From: Entomortierella parvispora E1425
Lineage: Eukaryota; Fungi; Mortierellomycota
Length of the DNA stretch: 64,000 bases
Reading direction: 5' to 3'
Assembly (NCBI GenBank): GCA_020891255.1
Contig: BQFW01000014.1
Span: 124,001 to 188,000 of the forward strand
Of the stretch, positions 1-10,788 are shown in pieces. The first letter of the stretch is position 1, and each line of letters starts with the position of its first letter. The notes beneath the pieces are model-generated. The model made no database searches. It saw only the letters and a program-made list of their open reading frames with translations, and had not been told where the DNA came from. Made by a program: the position numbers and the translations under genes.

Positions 1-138
1 GATGCGCCGGCTTTTGGTGCTCTCTTCCGGGCTGTTGTTGTTGGTCCTGCCCTCCACACTGGCATCCACCTCTTGAAGGTATTGGCCATTGGAGATGCTG
101 TAGCTGGCGTGGAGGTGATCGTGGTTATTGTCCATCAT
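1..138 (-). CDS. Possible 5' end of a gene running off the window (MMDNNHDHLHASYSISNGQY...)
   Basis: ATG at 138 opens a stop-free frame to the window edge, downstream of a long pyrimidine-rich leader typical of 5' UTRs here. No domain recognised. Confidence 0.35.
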   Translation of the reverse strand, partial: MMDNNHDHLHASYSISNGQYLQEVDASVEGRTNNNSPEESTKSRRI

Positions 139-3100
139 GTAAAGACCTTTCCCGCTCTGTGAGAGTGGATGGGGGCGATGAAAGGATGAACTACTATCGT
201 TGGTTGGGAAGCTGTTAGTGCTTTGACTACCAGTGCGAGAGTACTCAAGCGTGCTGCTGCTATCGCTTCCACTGCGATGGTTCTGTAAGCTCTCGTTGGC
301 GCCCAGTGACGATGTGAAAAAAAAGTGCATATCAAAGTTGATTCGAAGTGCGAAAAGTGTTGGCAACACCGGCTGAACAGAGTAGGAGAGGAGGGTAAGG
401 TGATGCGATCGTAATCGTGGTGTTTGATAATGGGGTAATGGGGATGGTAGTAGGGGACCCTGTCGGGCAAGCGAGAAGAAGGTTGCGAGAAAAGGGAGCA
501 AGAGAAAAGGTGTAATGAGAATGCGAAATATGAGATGGTGATGTGGAGATAATGCAGGTGGGAGAAGGCGTGGTCAGGGCTGATGGAAGGGGTGTGGCGT
601 GGCAGAACTGAGAGCAAGAAGACTGTGAATGGAAGGATGGGCCAGTTGGATACCTTGTAATTAGGAATTAGAGAGTGAACTGTCTGTACGGATCTGCGAC
701 AGTGGTGTTGGAGGATAAGTGACAAAGGTGACGAGGGCAATGAGCGACGATGGGGACAATGATGTAGTTGAAAACAAAAGATGGATGAGGTATTAGAGGG
801 GAAGAGGATGCTGGAAAATTAGAGGACAGGAGAGGGGACGAGGAGCAAGAAGAGAAGGAAGAAAAGCAAGAAGAAAAGAAAGAAGGGAGGAAAGGGAAAA
901 GCATTACGATTTATTTTTTCGGAGGTCGCGTTGGTCAGACTGGCCTTTGGCAGTCGGCAAGGATCGCGTTATCTTCGTCTCGAGTGTTTTGTATGTCCCG
1001 TCTATCGGCAGAGACGCGTTTGTTTTAAGTTGGATTGCTTTGGAGAGGGATGTTGTCAACTGGGATGGATCGTTTGATGTTGCCTGTTGGCATGTCGATA
1101 GAAAGGACCACGATGAACACGGCGTGTGCATATTAGGACGTCGATGAGCAGCGCCGGATAATAACCGTGTGGGGCGGCTGGACTTGTGTGCGTTTGTGAA
1201 TGTAGCAATTGTGGAACAAAGGCTAAAGGATTGACTTGGGCGGATCCCTTGCTCAATGGCTGGGGAGGCCTCTTGGCCACGAGATGGGGCGGCTTGTTGG
1301 TTCCCTCGTTCCAACACAACGTAGAGACAAGGAAGGAAAGAGAGCTAAAAATATGGGTCATGACAGCCAATGCATTAGACGGGTCAACCAAGTAGAAAAG
1401 CCATGAAGGCATGGACCCATCGGATGATAATTTCCCTCGACAAAGAGGGGGGGGGGGGAGAGAGAAATAGACACGACAACAACAACACACACACTTTCAC
1501 GGGCAGACGGCGTTGTGAAGTACACGTCCAGTCAGCCAGCAAACAAGTAACATCAACACAGCTAAAATACAGACACAAAATAACATTGACCTGGGCGACG
1601 CCTAATAGGAACCTTACCCAAACCTCCCAGGAGAATGGGTTGATGGAACCAAGGGGGTGCAGCTTTGCTATTAAAATGAGGAGAGTGGAGAATTATAAAA
1701 AAAAAGGGCGGGATAAAGAGAGTGGAGACAAAGCGACAAGTGGGCAATCCGCCCCATGTCGCTCTTGTCGTGGCTCTTGCAGACAGAGAGGAGGTCTTTA
1801 TCCTGGCCCACCTGGGCGGATTCAAGGAAGAGGTTCACCCGACAAGCGAGCCTGACAACGCGACGCTCTGTCGAAGGGCTGTGTCCGTGCGTGCATCTAT
1901 CTCTCATCGTTGGAGATGGATAGCTAGAAGGAAGGTGTTGATCGCCGTGCAATGCTCGGTAACGGGAATGCGAAATGATATCCTGTGTCGATGCGCAACT
2001 ACAGCCATCGGCAATGGCTGAAGCGAGGTGCTTGTCCTTCTATCGGCGCGTTGCCGTGTGGTGCGCAATTCAAGGGGCTTCAACTCGCTTGGACCATGGA
2101 GACTCGGGCCTTTTGGTAACAACAGCCTGTATATCTTTCTATAGCTTGTTTCTTGATCCTTTGGAGCCATAGATTATGTACAATTCTATCTCGAGAATGA
2201 CCTCTGGAAGACCATAGAATGAGAAGTCAGTGAATCCTACGCTTCGACGGCACTCTCTCAGATCACCTTTTTTTTTTGTTTTTTTGTTGTTGTTGCCGAT
2301 ACAATGTTGCGGTCTTTGTAGTCTTCTATGTTTGTAAGGCAGCACAGCACTCCGAACCATTGTACTGGAAACAAGGGGAGTCATCAGAGAGGTAGGTCAA
2401 AGGGGGAGTGAAGAATTATCCAGTCACCGGTCCATCCTGTTGTCCTTCAGGATCTTTGGTGTGTTTCCCCGAAAGCTCCCATTTTGAATGTTTTTTTGCT
2501 GTTCCTCCGAAAAGGAGCCACCTGAGAAAGGAGCGGACAAACCTTTTCAACCTCAGTATTTGTTGGTTGATTTTCTTCCGCATCGTGGTTTGGAATCTTT
2601 CTCATCGGCAACCTGCTTACTCCCTGCCTGGCCCTCCCTCTGATACGGACCCTATCTTTCGTATCCTCAGGACTATAAAAACAAACAGCAACCCTCGATC
2701 CGTGATAAAACAAGTTTAAGTACCCCAAAATTCAAACGCGAAGACCTTCTTGCCTCCTAAAGAGAATGCTGTGCCGATGCAAGGTGATGCAAATGCAGCC
2801 CTGGATGCAGGGGTCGGAAGACGCCCAGAAGAAAAACTATCCTCTTTCTCTGGCTCTCTCTTTTTCTTTCTCTCTCCTTTTCTCCCTTTCATATTTTTTC
2901 CGAAGCGATCTTGATCGGCTTCTCCCCCCGACTGCCCTGGTTCTAGTCGTTGAGATCCTTGGATCAATTGGCCTGGATACGGCAGAGGCCCCTCTCTCCC
3001 CCCGATCGAAACAAAGGGCAGTCGAGAAGGGAAAATAGAAGTGCCAGGTTCTTCTTCTACTGCTTCTTTCGCCATGTTGATGAGGAGCAGGAGAAAACAG

Positions 3101-3539
3101 GCTCCAAGATCTTAAGAAACCGAAGAGAAAGGGGGATCAAGGGTTGACTGGGCCAACCCCTTCAAGGAACAAAGTGAATCATCAGAGGGGTTTCCAAAGT
3201 ATATCGACCTCTAGATCAAGGCCTGGGTAACCATTGTATTCACTTCAAGATATTTTTTGCAACAAGTTACAGGACACTGCATGCACAATCCTTCTTTTCT
3301 TGCAGCAACCATCACTCTCAGTGTGCCAGGGCAAGAGGGCTATTCACATATATTTATTGCAGAGTTAGGCGGTCAATTAAACGACGGCGTGGTATGAAAG
3401 ACAAATCTGTAGATTCGTACAAGGGTGGGTGCTGAAGTGGGAAGATGAAGAAATAATAAAAAAATACCAAAGAAACAAGTATGAGAACAAGTAGAAGAAT
3501 GAGAGGTGAGAATCAGAAAAGAAAACAACGCGAGCCTCC

Positions 3540-5639
3540 TCAGTAGCTCTCGACCTCCACTGGATGCTGCTCCTCCGTATTTGAATCTGCCTCTACCAAG
3601 GTATCCAACCATGGGCTGCCTCCAACAGCAATCTCTCCAAAGCTCTCTTCCTGTTCAACCTTGACGACGTCCTTTGTCGACAGCACCAACAACTCGAAAA
3701 AGAGCTTGGCGGCATCTGTGCGTGTCCGCTTTTGCTGACTGGCACCACTAGGTCCTGCCATAAGTTCCGAGAATGTGACCCGAGATGTGTCCTTGTTGAG
3801 GGCGGAGCTGGCTGTGGCCACACTAGCGTTACGTGTTGCCCGGGATGAAGACTCGCTCTCTGACTGACCCTTTGCGGTCTTTTGAGACTCGATTCGCTGC
3901 TGGACCAAGCGCATGGTCTGAATGGCAGAGTGCGAGAAAACGGTTCCATTGAGTTCTTTTGTGGATGCACCAGCTTCAGTGGATGCGCTGTCATCCATCT
4001 CTTGGAAGAGAGTGCCCTTAGGACGCGTGTCAGCGGAAGAAATCTGAGCCGTAGCGTTCTCGTCCTCTGCAGCAACGCCTTCAGGAGACTCCAAGCGGAA
4101 TCCGTCAAACATGTCTGCTGGTGGTGGTGTCGCTTGCTGAAGGTCAAAGGCATCCCCATGATCGTCGGCTTGGTTGGCCCATGCATCCTGTTGATCATCC
4201 TGCCAACGGTCGGCTTGGTTGATATCCTGTACTTCTCTGGCGGCAGGAACTGCTTGATCAATCTGAAGTCGACGGGAAAACATGCTGGCCAGCTCAGGAA
4301 CGAGAGAGCTTCCCATCACCCTGGGACCGCCAGAGCAATCCAAAAGATATCCTGCCAATCCGCCACGAGCGACATCCTGCTCAATTTGTTGGAGTCTCAA
4401 CATTTTGCGAGATCTGGGAAGCATCTCGTGGTTCATCAAAAGACCATCGGCCACCATATCCAGGTTTGTGCCCATCAGGACATCCCGGGGCATCGTGGTC
4501 TCTGCGTCTACCACCAGCTTTCGCTTCTTAGCTCCTGCTTGCTGTCGCTCTGGTCTCTCAACGGCAGGAACGCCCTCAGCATCCCAAGCATCCGCGAAAT
4601 CGAAATCAAGAGGAGGACGGGCACCATCTTGAGCAGCCATTTCGAATCCAACATCATCCTGAGGGTTGACGCTCATTGCACGGCCATCCTCGGAGCCTTC
4701 TCCAAGATTCAGAACACGGTCTTTCGCATTTTCAGAGAGCATGCCAAAGGGATCCACGCTCACAGAGCGACGCTGTATTCCTGCATCACGACCCACTTCG
4801 ATTTCCAGATCGTCCCTGTTGTGCGGGCGTCTCAAGAAATCAATGTCGCCAGCGCCAACGAGATCCTCGCCAAACATGTCCAAATCCAGGGCATCATCGG
4901 GGCCAGCAAGGTCAAAGTCCATGGCGCTATACCCTCTTCCTCCTCCAATGCGGTTCATAATATTTCTGCCCATTTCAATGTCAAGTCCACGGTGGCGACG
5001 GCTGTGGTCCAGATTAAAGTTGGCATCGTCCTCCATTGTCAGGTCGTCAGCATTGTTGTCAGCATCCAGTCCACGAGCCTGGGTCAGCTTCGAGTTCAGG
5101 CCCCAGGCATTCAAATCGATGGTCTGGGCTGGCAGGCGCAAGTCAAATTCCGTCATGGCATCAGGGACAGTAATTGCGTTGAAGGCAGCAAGAGACTGCT
5201 CTGCTGGAAGATCGCCCGAGGTACCATCCAGCATCAAGAGTGTGCTGTCGCCCTTGCCGTTCGCGTCAGTGCGGAAGGCTACCTTGATTTTGACCAAGGC
5301 TTCGTTACAGTCCTCCAGAAGATACTTTGTCTTGCGCGAGTAGATACGAGCGACACCGAGAAGGAGCTGTCCAGAAAGACGGAGGGCCATAGGGGCCTGG
5401 TCTGCACCCATGATGGCATCTAAATTGAATTGATTGTGGCGTGTTAGTATAATGTCAACTGTTATGGTCCATCTCTGCGCCACCATGAATTCATCATTAA
5501 GCAAATGGGCCTCACCAACAGATGAGTTCAGATTGGTCTGCAAGAGCTGGTTCTTGGATAGCTTGCGCTCCCAGTGGGCTGCGAGCCAGACCTTGGCCAG
5601 GGGACCTTTCTTCGACAGGATGGCCTCCGAGTAGAACAT
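3540..5639 (-). CDS. RAD21: Cohesin kleisin subunit Rad21/Scc1
   Basis: N-terminal MFYSEAILSKKGPLAKVWLAAHW motif; C-terminal winged-helix RTDAAKLFFELLVL; two separase-type sites (DIEMGR, EIEVGR). One 96-nt GT-AG intron at 5420-5515. Confidence 0.95.
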   Translation of the reverse strand: MFYSEAILSKKGPLAKVWLAAHWERKLSKNQLLQTNLNSSVGEAHLLNDEFMVAQRWTITVDIILTRHNQFNLDAIMGADQAPMALRLSGQLLLGVARIYSRKTKYLLEDCNEALVKIKVAFRTDANGKGDSTLLMLDGTSGDLPAEQSLAAFNAITVPDAMTEFDLRLPAQTIDLNAWGLNSKLTQARGLDADNNADDLTMEDDANFNLDHSRRHRGLDIEMGRNIMNRIGGGRGYSAMDFDLAGPDDALDLDMFGEDLVGAGDIDFLRRPHNRDDLEIEVGRDAGIQRRSVSVDPFGMLSENAKDRVLNLGEGSEDGRAMSVNPQDDVGFEMAAQDGARPPLDFDFADAWDAEGVPAVERPERQQAGAKKRKLVVDAETTMPRDVLMGTNLDMVADGLLMNHEMLPRSRKMLRLQQIEQDVARGGLAGYLLDCSGGPRVMGSSLVPELASMFSRRLQIDQAVPAAREVQDINQADRWQDDQQDAWANQADDHGDAFDLQQATPPPADMFDGFRLESPEGVAAEDENATAQISSADTRPKGTLFQEMDDSASTEAGASTKELNGTVFSHSAIQTMRLVQQRIESQKTAKGQSESESSSRATRNASVATASSALNKDTSRVTFSELMAGPSGASQQKRTRTDAAKLFFELLVLSTKDVVKVEQEESFGEIAVGGSPWLDTLVEADSNTEEQHPVEVESY

Positions 5640-6000
5640 TAGGGAAAATGTGATGAAATCAAGGAACGAGAATGGGCCAGAGAGAATGAGCGAGCGAGCA
5701 AGAAGCTATGCAAACGGGGAATGTTCGAGGCTTGAGAAGAGACGTGCAAGGAGGTAGCAAGCACGCGAGAATGTGCCAGGAAGGAAGGAAGTTGAATGGA
5801 TGAATGGAGGCAGAGGTGAAGAAGGTGAAGGAAACAACAGACGCGTTTTTTTTTTCAATTTTTTTTATTGTGTTTTTTCTCGCTGCGTCGGTTTCATTTG
5901 ACGAGGGAAGGGACAGCGACGCGCTTGCTGATGGAAATCTGGCTTAAAGTATCCGAGACAAACTATAAATTATTCTACATTTTATTTTGGCCAAGGCAGA

Positions 6001-6847
6001 TCAACACTCTGTGGCCATAGGCTGGGTCGTTGGGGCAGCGCTTGGAGCCTTTTCATTCACACCCTCGTTTATCTCTTTCTGCATCAGCCCTCGCCCTGCG
6101 CTTCGCAGAGAGTTCAGGAATGCTAGAGTGGGAACAGGTAGACAAAACGTCAGTAAAGACAAGGCAAAGGCAGCACATTGTCCATTTTAACCTACCAGGG
6201 ACTCCAGACTTGGCAGCCCAGTTGATGATACTCGTCGGGATATTGCCCTATTGAACATCAAAACAAAAACAACAGTGCCTTTCACGGTCAGCACCGTGCG
6301 AGCTTTCTTGGTATGATGTAACGCTGAGCAAAGCGACGATCGTTACCTTTGGGTCGTCAAAGTACCCAAACCAGATATGACATCCATTCCCATCTTCTGT
6401 GGGCTGGATAACTACATCCTGACGAAATTCATCCACACGGACCATTCCCGAGCTTGAAGGCATCGACTCGTCTACAACACTGTTTCCATTAATACAAACG
6501 ACCCCGTCCTTGAATTCCTGGACTCTCAGCTCGTAAACATAGTCTCGCGGACAGAGTGGCCAGGGGAACTTTGCCACAAAGTGTAGCCGATGGTTTGGCA
6601 ATGGCTTCCAGCTGGTCATATTCTTGTCCCAAGTTTTGCGCAGATCCAGGTCTGTATAGGCTCGAAGCAAGTAGCGGACAGGCAGATCGGGAAATGTGCC
6701 CAGCACCTTGTATTCTTTCAGGGCAGTGCCAGAGACGGATCGACGAAAGACTTTGAAGTTTGCTACTTGAGAGAAGAGCTCCCAAGAGGCAATATCGGGC
6801 TTCCTGATCTCGGCCAGGGCATCATTGACTTGTTCCTCGGTGAACAT
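6001..6847 (-). CDS. START/SRPBCC lipid-transfer protein (PCTP-like), 3 exons
   Basis: Motifs RKTWDKN, FPWPLCPRDYVY and spliced GNIPTSIINWAAK match the START fold. ATG at 6847, TGA at 6001-6003. Confidence 0.85.
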
Positions 6848-7707
6848 ATTGCTGTGTAAAAGAAGAAGGGTTGGAAAGATGTGGATGAGGAAAAAGAGAA
6901 AAAAAAAAGAGAAAAGATTGTTCGCATCACAAAGACAACGGAAAAAAAACCCGTCACGCTCATTCGCCAAAGTTGAAACGCAGAAGACAAAGGGTCGGGA
7001 GGGAGGAGGAAGAGCTTCTCTTCTCTGCTCTCTTTGTCAATTGAAGAACGGATCGCGGAATCCGAGTAAGAAGGCTAGAAAAGAGGAATAAGTGTCAACC
7101 GTGCAATTGAACCGTGGCCGCTTTGACCATGAGATTATTTTCGGTCTGTATTACCATCGCGTCTTGCATCCCAGCTCACATCATCACAGTCGAGTGAGGC
7201 TCTCGGTCTCTCCCTCTTTACCAATCTGGCGTTTACACCATGACCACGGAGACGTGCCTTCTCTTTGGTTCTAGAGATGCAATATAAATCACCTCCCTTT
7301 CACTGTTTGGAAATAAGAAACATGCCTCTGAAGAGGAAATCGCTGCATCAAGGGCCCAGGTCATCAGTCTACAGACAGCTCTTGAGGAGTCATTTTATTC
7401 ACCGATCCGTTTCTATGACTTTTTAACTGGCGGTCGACCAGAAAGCGCTGAACACCCTCCATGTAGATGGCTTAACAGCCGACCATTGCGTACCTCCTCA
7501 ACTTTGAGACTACATGGTAGAGATTCCTCCAATTGTACTCTTGACCTTTTGTTACTTTTTGAATGAAAAAAGTGGCGCAAACCACAACTCAGAAGCTGAT
7601 CCCTTCAGCTACAAAAATAACAAATGCTCCAGAGATATGGGACGCGATAATCCGCTTGTCGAGAACGCCAAAAAAAAAAGTTGCGTTTCCTTTCAGGAAA
7701 AGGAAAG

Positions 7708-7780
7708 CGCCCAACGTGGGGGTCGAACCCACAGCCTTCAGATTAAGAGTCTGACGCTCTACCGATTGAGCTAGCCGGGC
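7708..7780 (-). tRNA. tRNA-Lys(CTT)
   Basis: GCCCGGCTAGCTCAATCGGTAGAGCG TCAGA-CTCTTAA-TCTGA ... GGTTCGACCCC; 73-nt cloverleaf. Confidence 0.97.
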
Positions 7781-7840
7781 TTGATTTGTTGAGTGTCAAT
7801 GTCTCCAGACATCTATATTCTGACATCATTTCACCGAATC

Positions 7841-7868
7841 CACGTGACATTCAATGCGTGGTCACGTG
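7841..7868. promoter_or_regulatory. Two CACGTG E-boxes between tRNA-Lys and the candidate ncRNA
   Basis: CACGTG at 7841-7846 and 7863-7868. Function is inferred from the conserved spacing to tRNA genes. Confidence 0.55.
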
Positions 7869-7926
7869 AGATCGGCCGATTGACATAGCTAGGCCGCAAA
7901 AAAAAGTCCCGGCCGCCGGATTCCTA

Positions 7927-8155
7927 GGCAGCCTTTGGCAGCCCGGTTGGTAGCAAAGGCGGGTAAAATACTGGGGAAGCTTGACTCGAACTTCAGTTTT
8001 AATTCTCTGGAGGATAGTCGTCTGATGGTACCTGGCTGCTCATTTACGGTCCCTTGCAGTCAGGACATAGGACTGTTTCGGCATTGGGGCCGAGTTGTTA
8101 GTTCTCGGCGTGTGGGGATCTTTTCCGGAGCTGAGTACTTTGATAGGAGCTGCCC
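7927..8155 (+). ncRNA. Candidate structured non-coding RNA, family unassigned
   Basis: Complementary ends (GGCAGC/GCTGCC) and several hairpins (GCCTTTG/CAAAGGC, CTTCAG/CTGGAG, CAGTC/GACTG, GCCGAG/CTCGGC). No credible ORF. Strand uncertain. Confidence 0.4.
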
Positions 8156-8853
8156 AAATGCAAAGAGCAAAAAAAAAAAAACAATAGGAGTGAACAAACA
8201 GAAACGGTGAGTGACGAGGGGGGTATCAAAGCTGCTCAATTCTTCTCCTGGCCCTTCGTGATGGCAGTTTGGGTTTTCACCTTTTTTTTTTTTCTACCTG
8301 TAATGGCTGTCCGCTGATCAGTTCTATCAGAAGTATGACAAGGAGTCAGGCGAAAGAGAGGAGGGTTTTCCAAAAGGACCGAAATTCTCTTGGCACGAAG
8401 CGACTCTTTTTTTTATGTCATCGTTCACCCATGACGGGAAGGAATTGGCCCTAGTGAAGCAATGTAGAAAGTACTTGTCTGCGACCCCTTGGATTCATAT
8501 CCATAGCGTCGTTTTCTGGCTCTTTTGCTGTCTTTGGTTATTGTTTGATCACGAAAGGCGACTTGCACCTTTTCGATGTTGGCTTTCTCGATGACTGAAA
8601 CGGTGCCCCGCCGAGACCTTCATCGGGTTGCAACTTCCCTCCTCATAGTCCCCAATAGTTTTGGTACTGGGACAACATCAGCTGGAGCCTGGATCGGTTT
8701 ACGTGACAAGAGTGAAGATGTTCAAGGCTGAAGAAGCAAAGAGTACCCCCTTGAGCATGAACACCATAGCGTCCGTTTCCCCTGGGATGAGATTGTCGCG
8801 AGCAAGTTCCATCCTCCAAGGAATAACGAAGTTTCACATTGCAAAAGCATTTT

Positions 8854-10417
8854 TTATTTGGGATCTTCGCCTTGTCCTAGGGGCTGATAGGCATCAGGTT
8901 TGAACCCACTGTGATGATGGTGATACGACTCAATGTCCTCCATCGGGAGAGCCATCTCCTCGTTTCGGGGCTGCTGACGTGAGAATGGTGGTGGCTGGGA
9001 TGATGCCGAAGTTGTCGCGGGCCCATAATAATTCAAGGCATGCTGATATTCCTCTTGCTCACGTTGGTGGTCTTCCTCAGTTTCGTTTTCATCCGCGATT
9101 AGGCCTTCGTTGATCCTTGCAATCCTGCGGTTTGTGTGTTTGTAGATATACCAGCCTACTGCCAAGGCGAGGACGATCCCTAGAATATTGCTTGCCCATT
9201 TGATCACCCTGTCTCCGCCTTTGATGTTGGGGTCTGAAAGACTCGAGATGTTGTGGCCAATGAAGATCGGGATGAAGAGGCGGGGGGTCGACATGAGGAG
9301 TGGGAGCAAAAACTTCCAATAAGGGAGTTGAGTCATGGAGCCAAAGAAGGCGTTCAGAACTATGTCAACAAAAAAAAAGGTGGAGCAAAAAAGGTGGATG
9401 CAGCAGTCAGAAATAGGCAGCGTTTTCCTATACGTTGTCGATCTTCTTGGCCTCTACTACTGACCTGCAAACGGGAAAGATGAGAGGCGGATGAGGAACA
9501 AAATCTAAAGGAGAGAGACAACCAGAAAGGCACGAAAGTCAGCTTCGATCCAAGCGCCTCCCTCTTTCGAGCCAGTCCATCGAATCCGACTTACGTAGAT
9601 ACCGTCTTTGCTGACCGCTTTCGACATTTCCGTGAACTCAATGTTGTTTCCCAGTTTGCGACGAATATAGTCATGAAAGGCCAATCGGTACAGCCTACAA
9701 ACTGTGGTTAGAATCTCCGAAAGTCCTTTCACATCTTTCCTGAGACTGTCCACATGTCAATCTTACCAGAATCCCGCCGATGCGCCCAAGACGTCCCCTG
9801 CGAAAGCTGGCAAAAACCTTTCAAAGAAATGTTTATGGGTTAACACGGTATTTCAATGAGACGCGCCTGGATTGGGCAAAAGGCAAGTACCCTTTTGGAA
9901 ATCCGTAAATATAACCGCAGACCATGCTGATCACTCCATAACCTATTCCACGTTTGCAAAGTCATCCAAAAGTCCACAACCACAAAGAATAGACCTCTGT
10001 TAGTTGCTTTGCAGGCTGAGGGAGAAAGGTACCTCTCAAACTATACATTCGACTGCAAACAATAAAACAAAAAACCGAAGCACGATTGAGCATAGTACCA
10101 AAGAGAGGGAAGATGCAGGTGGCAAACATGATGGAGGCCATAATCACCATCCCTGCGTTCGAGTTCCGGATGAAGCTGACAGCAGGTTCGATCCCTACGC
10201 CAAAAAAAAGATGAGGTCAGGATGAGGTCATAATATGATGTTCCACAGCTCAATAAAAACAGAGAGGCACCTTACATTCAAAGATCTGCCGTTCAAAGGT
10301 GAAGAATACTATTACAAATGCAAGCACAACAAGAGCAGCCACGACGAGGGCTATCTTGCTGGATGTGCTTGCGTTCTGGAATCGCTCCTTGACCGTGGGC
10401 AAAGTTCGAGTTGCCAT
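8854..10417 (-). CDS. TVP38: Tvp38/TMEM64 (VTT/SNARE-associated Golgi) membrane protein, about 7 exons
   Basis: Spliced model: MATRTLPTV...WIEPAV...FPLFG-YGVISMVCGYIYGFPKG-FLPAFAGDVLGA...ILFLIRLSSFPFA-VLNAFFGS; GT-AG sites join in frame. Confidence 0.85.
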
Positions 10418-10788
10418 TGCGTGTCTTCTTTTTTGTACCTGGAAATGGGAGGGGTGGGGATGGCGATGATGGCGTGAAAGATGGGCAGCCGAGATTTCTG
10501 ATCAACAAGCGGTGAAAAAGGAGGATGAATAGAGAGGAACCAAGTGATGCAAAGAATGCAGTCGAGGAAGAATGCAGCGAATGAATGACTGAATGAATGA
10601 ATGAATGAACGGTCGAGTGGAAGAGAAAGCAAAAAAAAAAAAAAAAAAAAAAAAAAACCCAATGCGTTTTAGACTCGTGTACCCCCTTTATTTGTCTTGA
10701 TTTCACCGGGTGACAGGCTGTGGCGTGTGCGCGCTCATCATCTCCTGCCCGATTCCTTGTCCCTTCCTCTTCTCTCTCGACCACCATC

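Noticed and set aside
3882-5423. 513-aa plus-strand ORF
   Set aside because: Antisense shadow of RAD21; no motifs, and explained by the codon bias of the real gene.
7903-7912. AAAGTCCCGG resembling RNase MRP CR-I
   Set aside because: It lacks the preceding G(G), lies in an A-run, and has no matching CR-V/P4 partner downstream.
8030-8060. Minus-strand CAAGG...GTAA...AGCAG resembling SRP helix 8
   Set aside because: The bases flanking the putative GNRA loop do not pair, so the SRP assignment is not supported.
8643-8850. Short ORFs after the TVP38 stop
   Set aside because: No motif or clear splice link; most likely 3' UTR.
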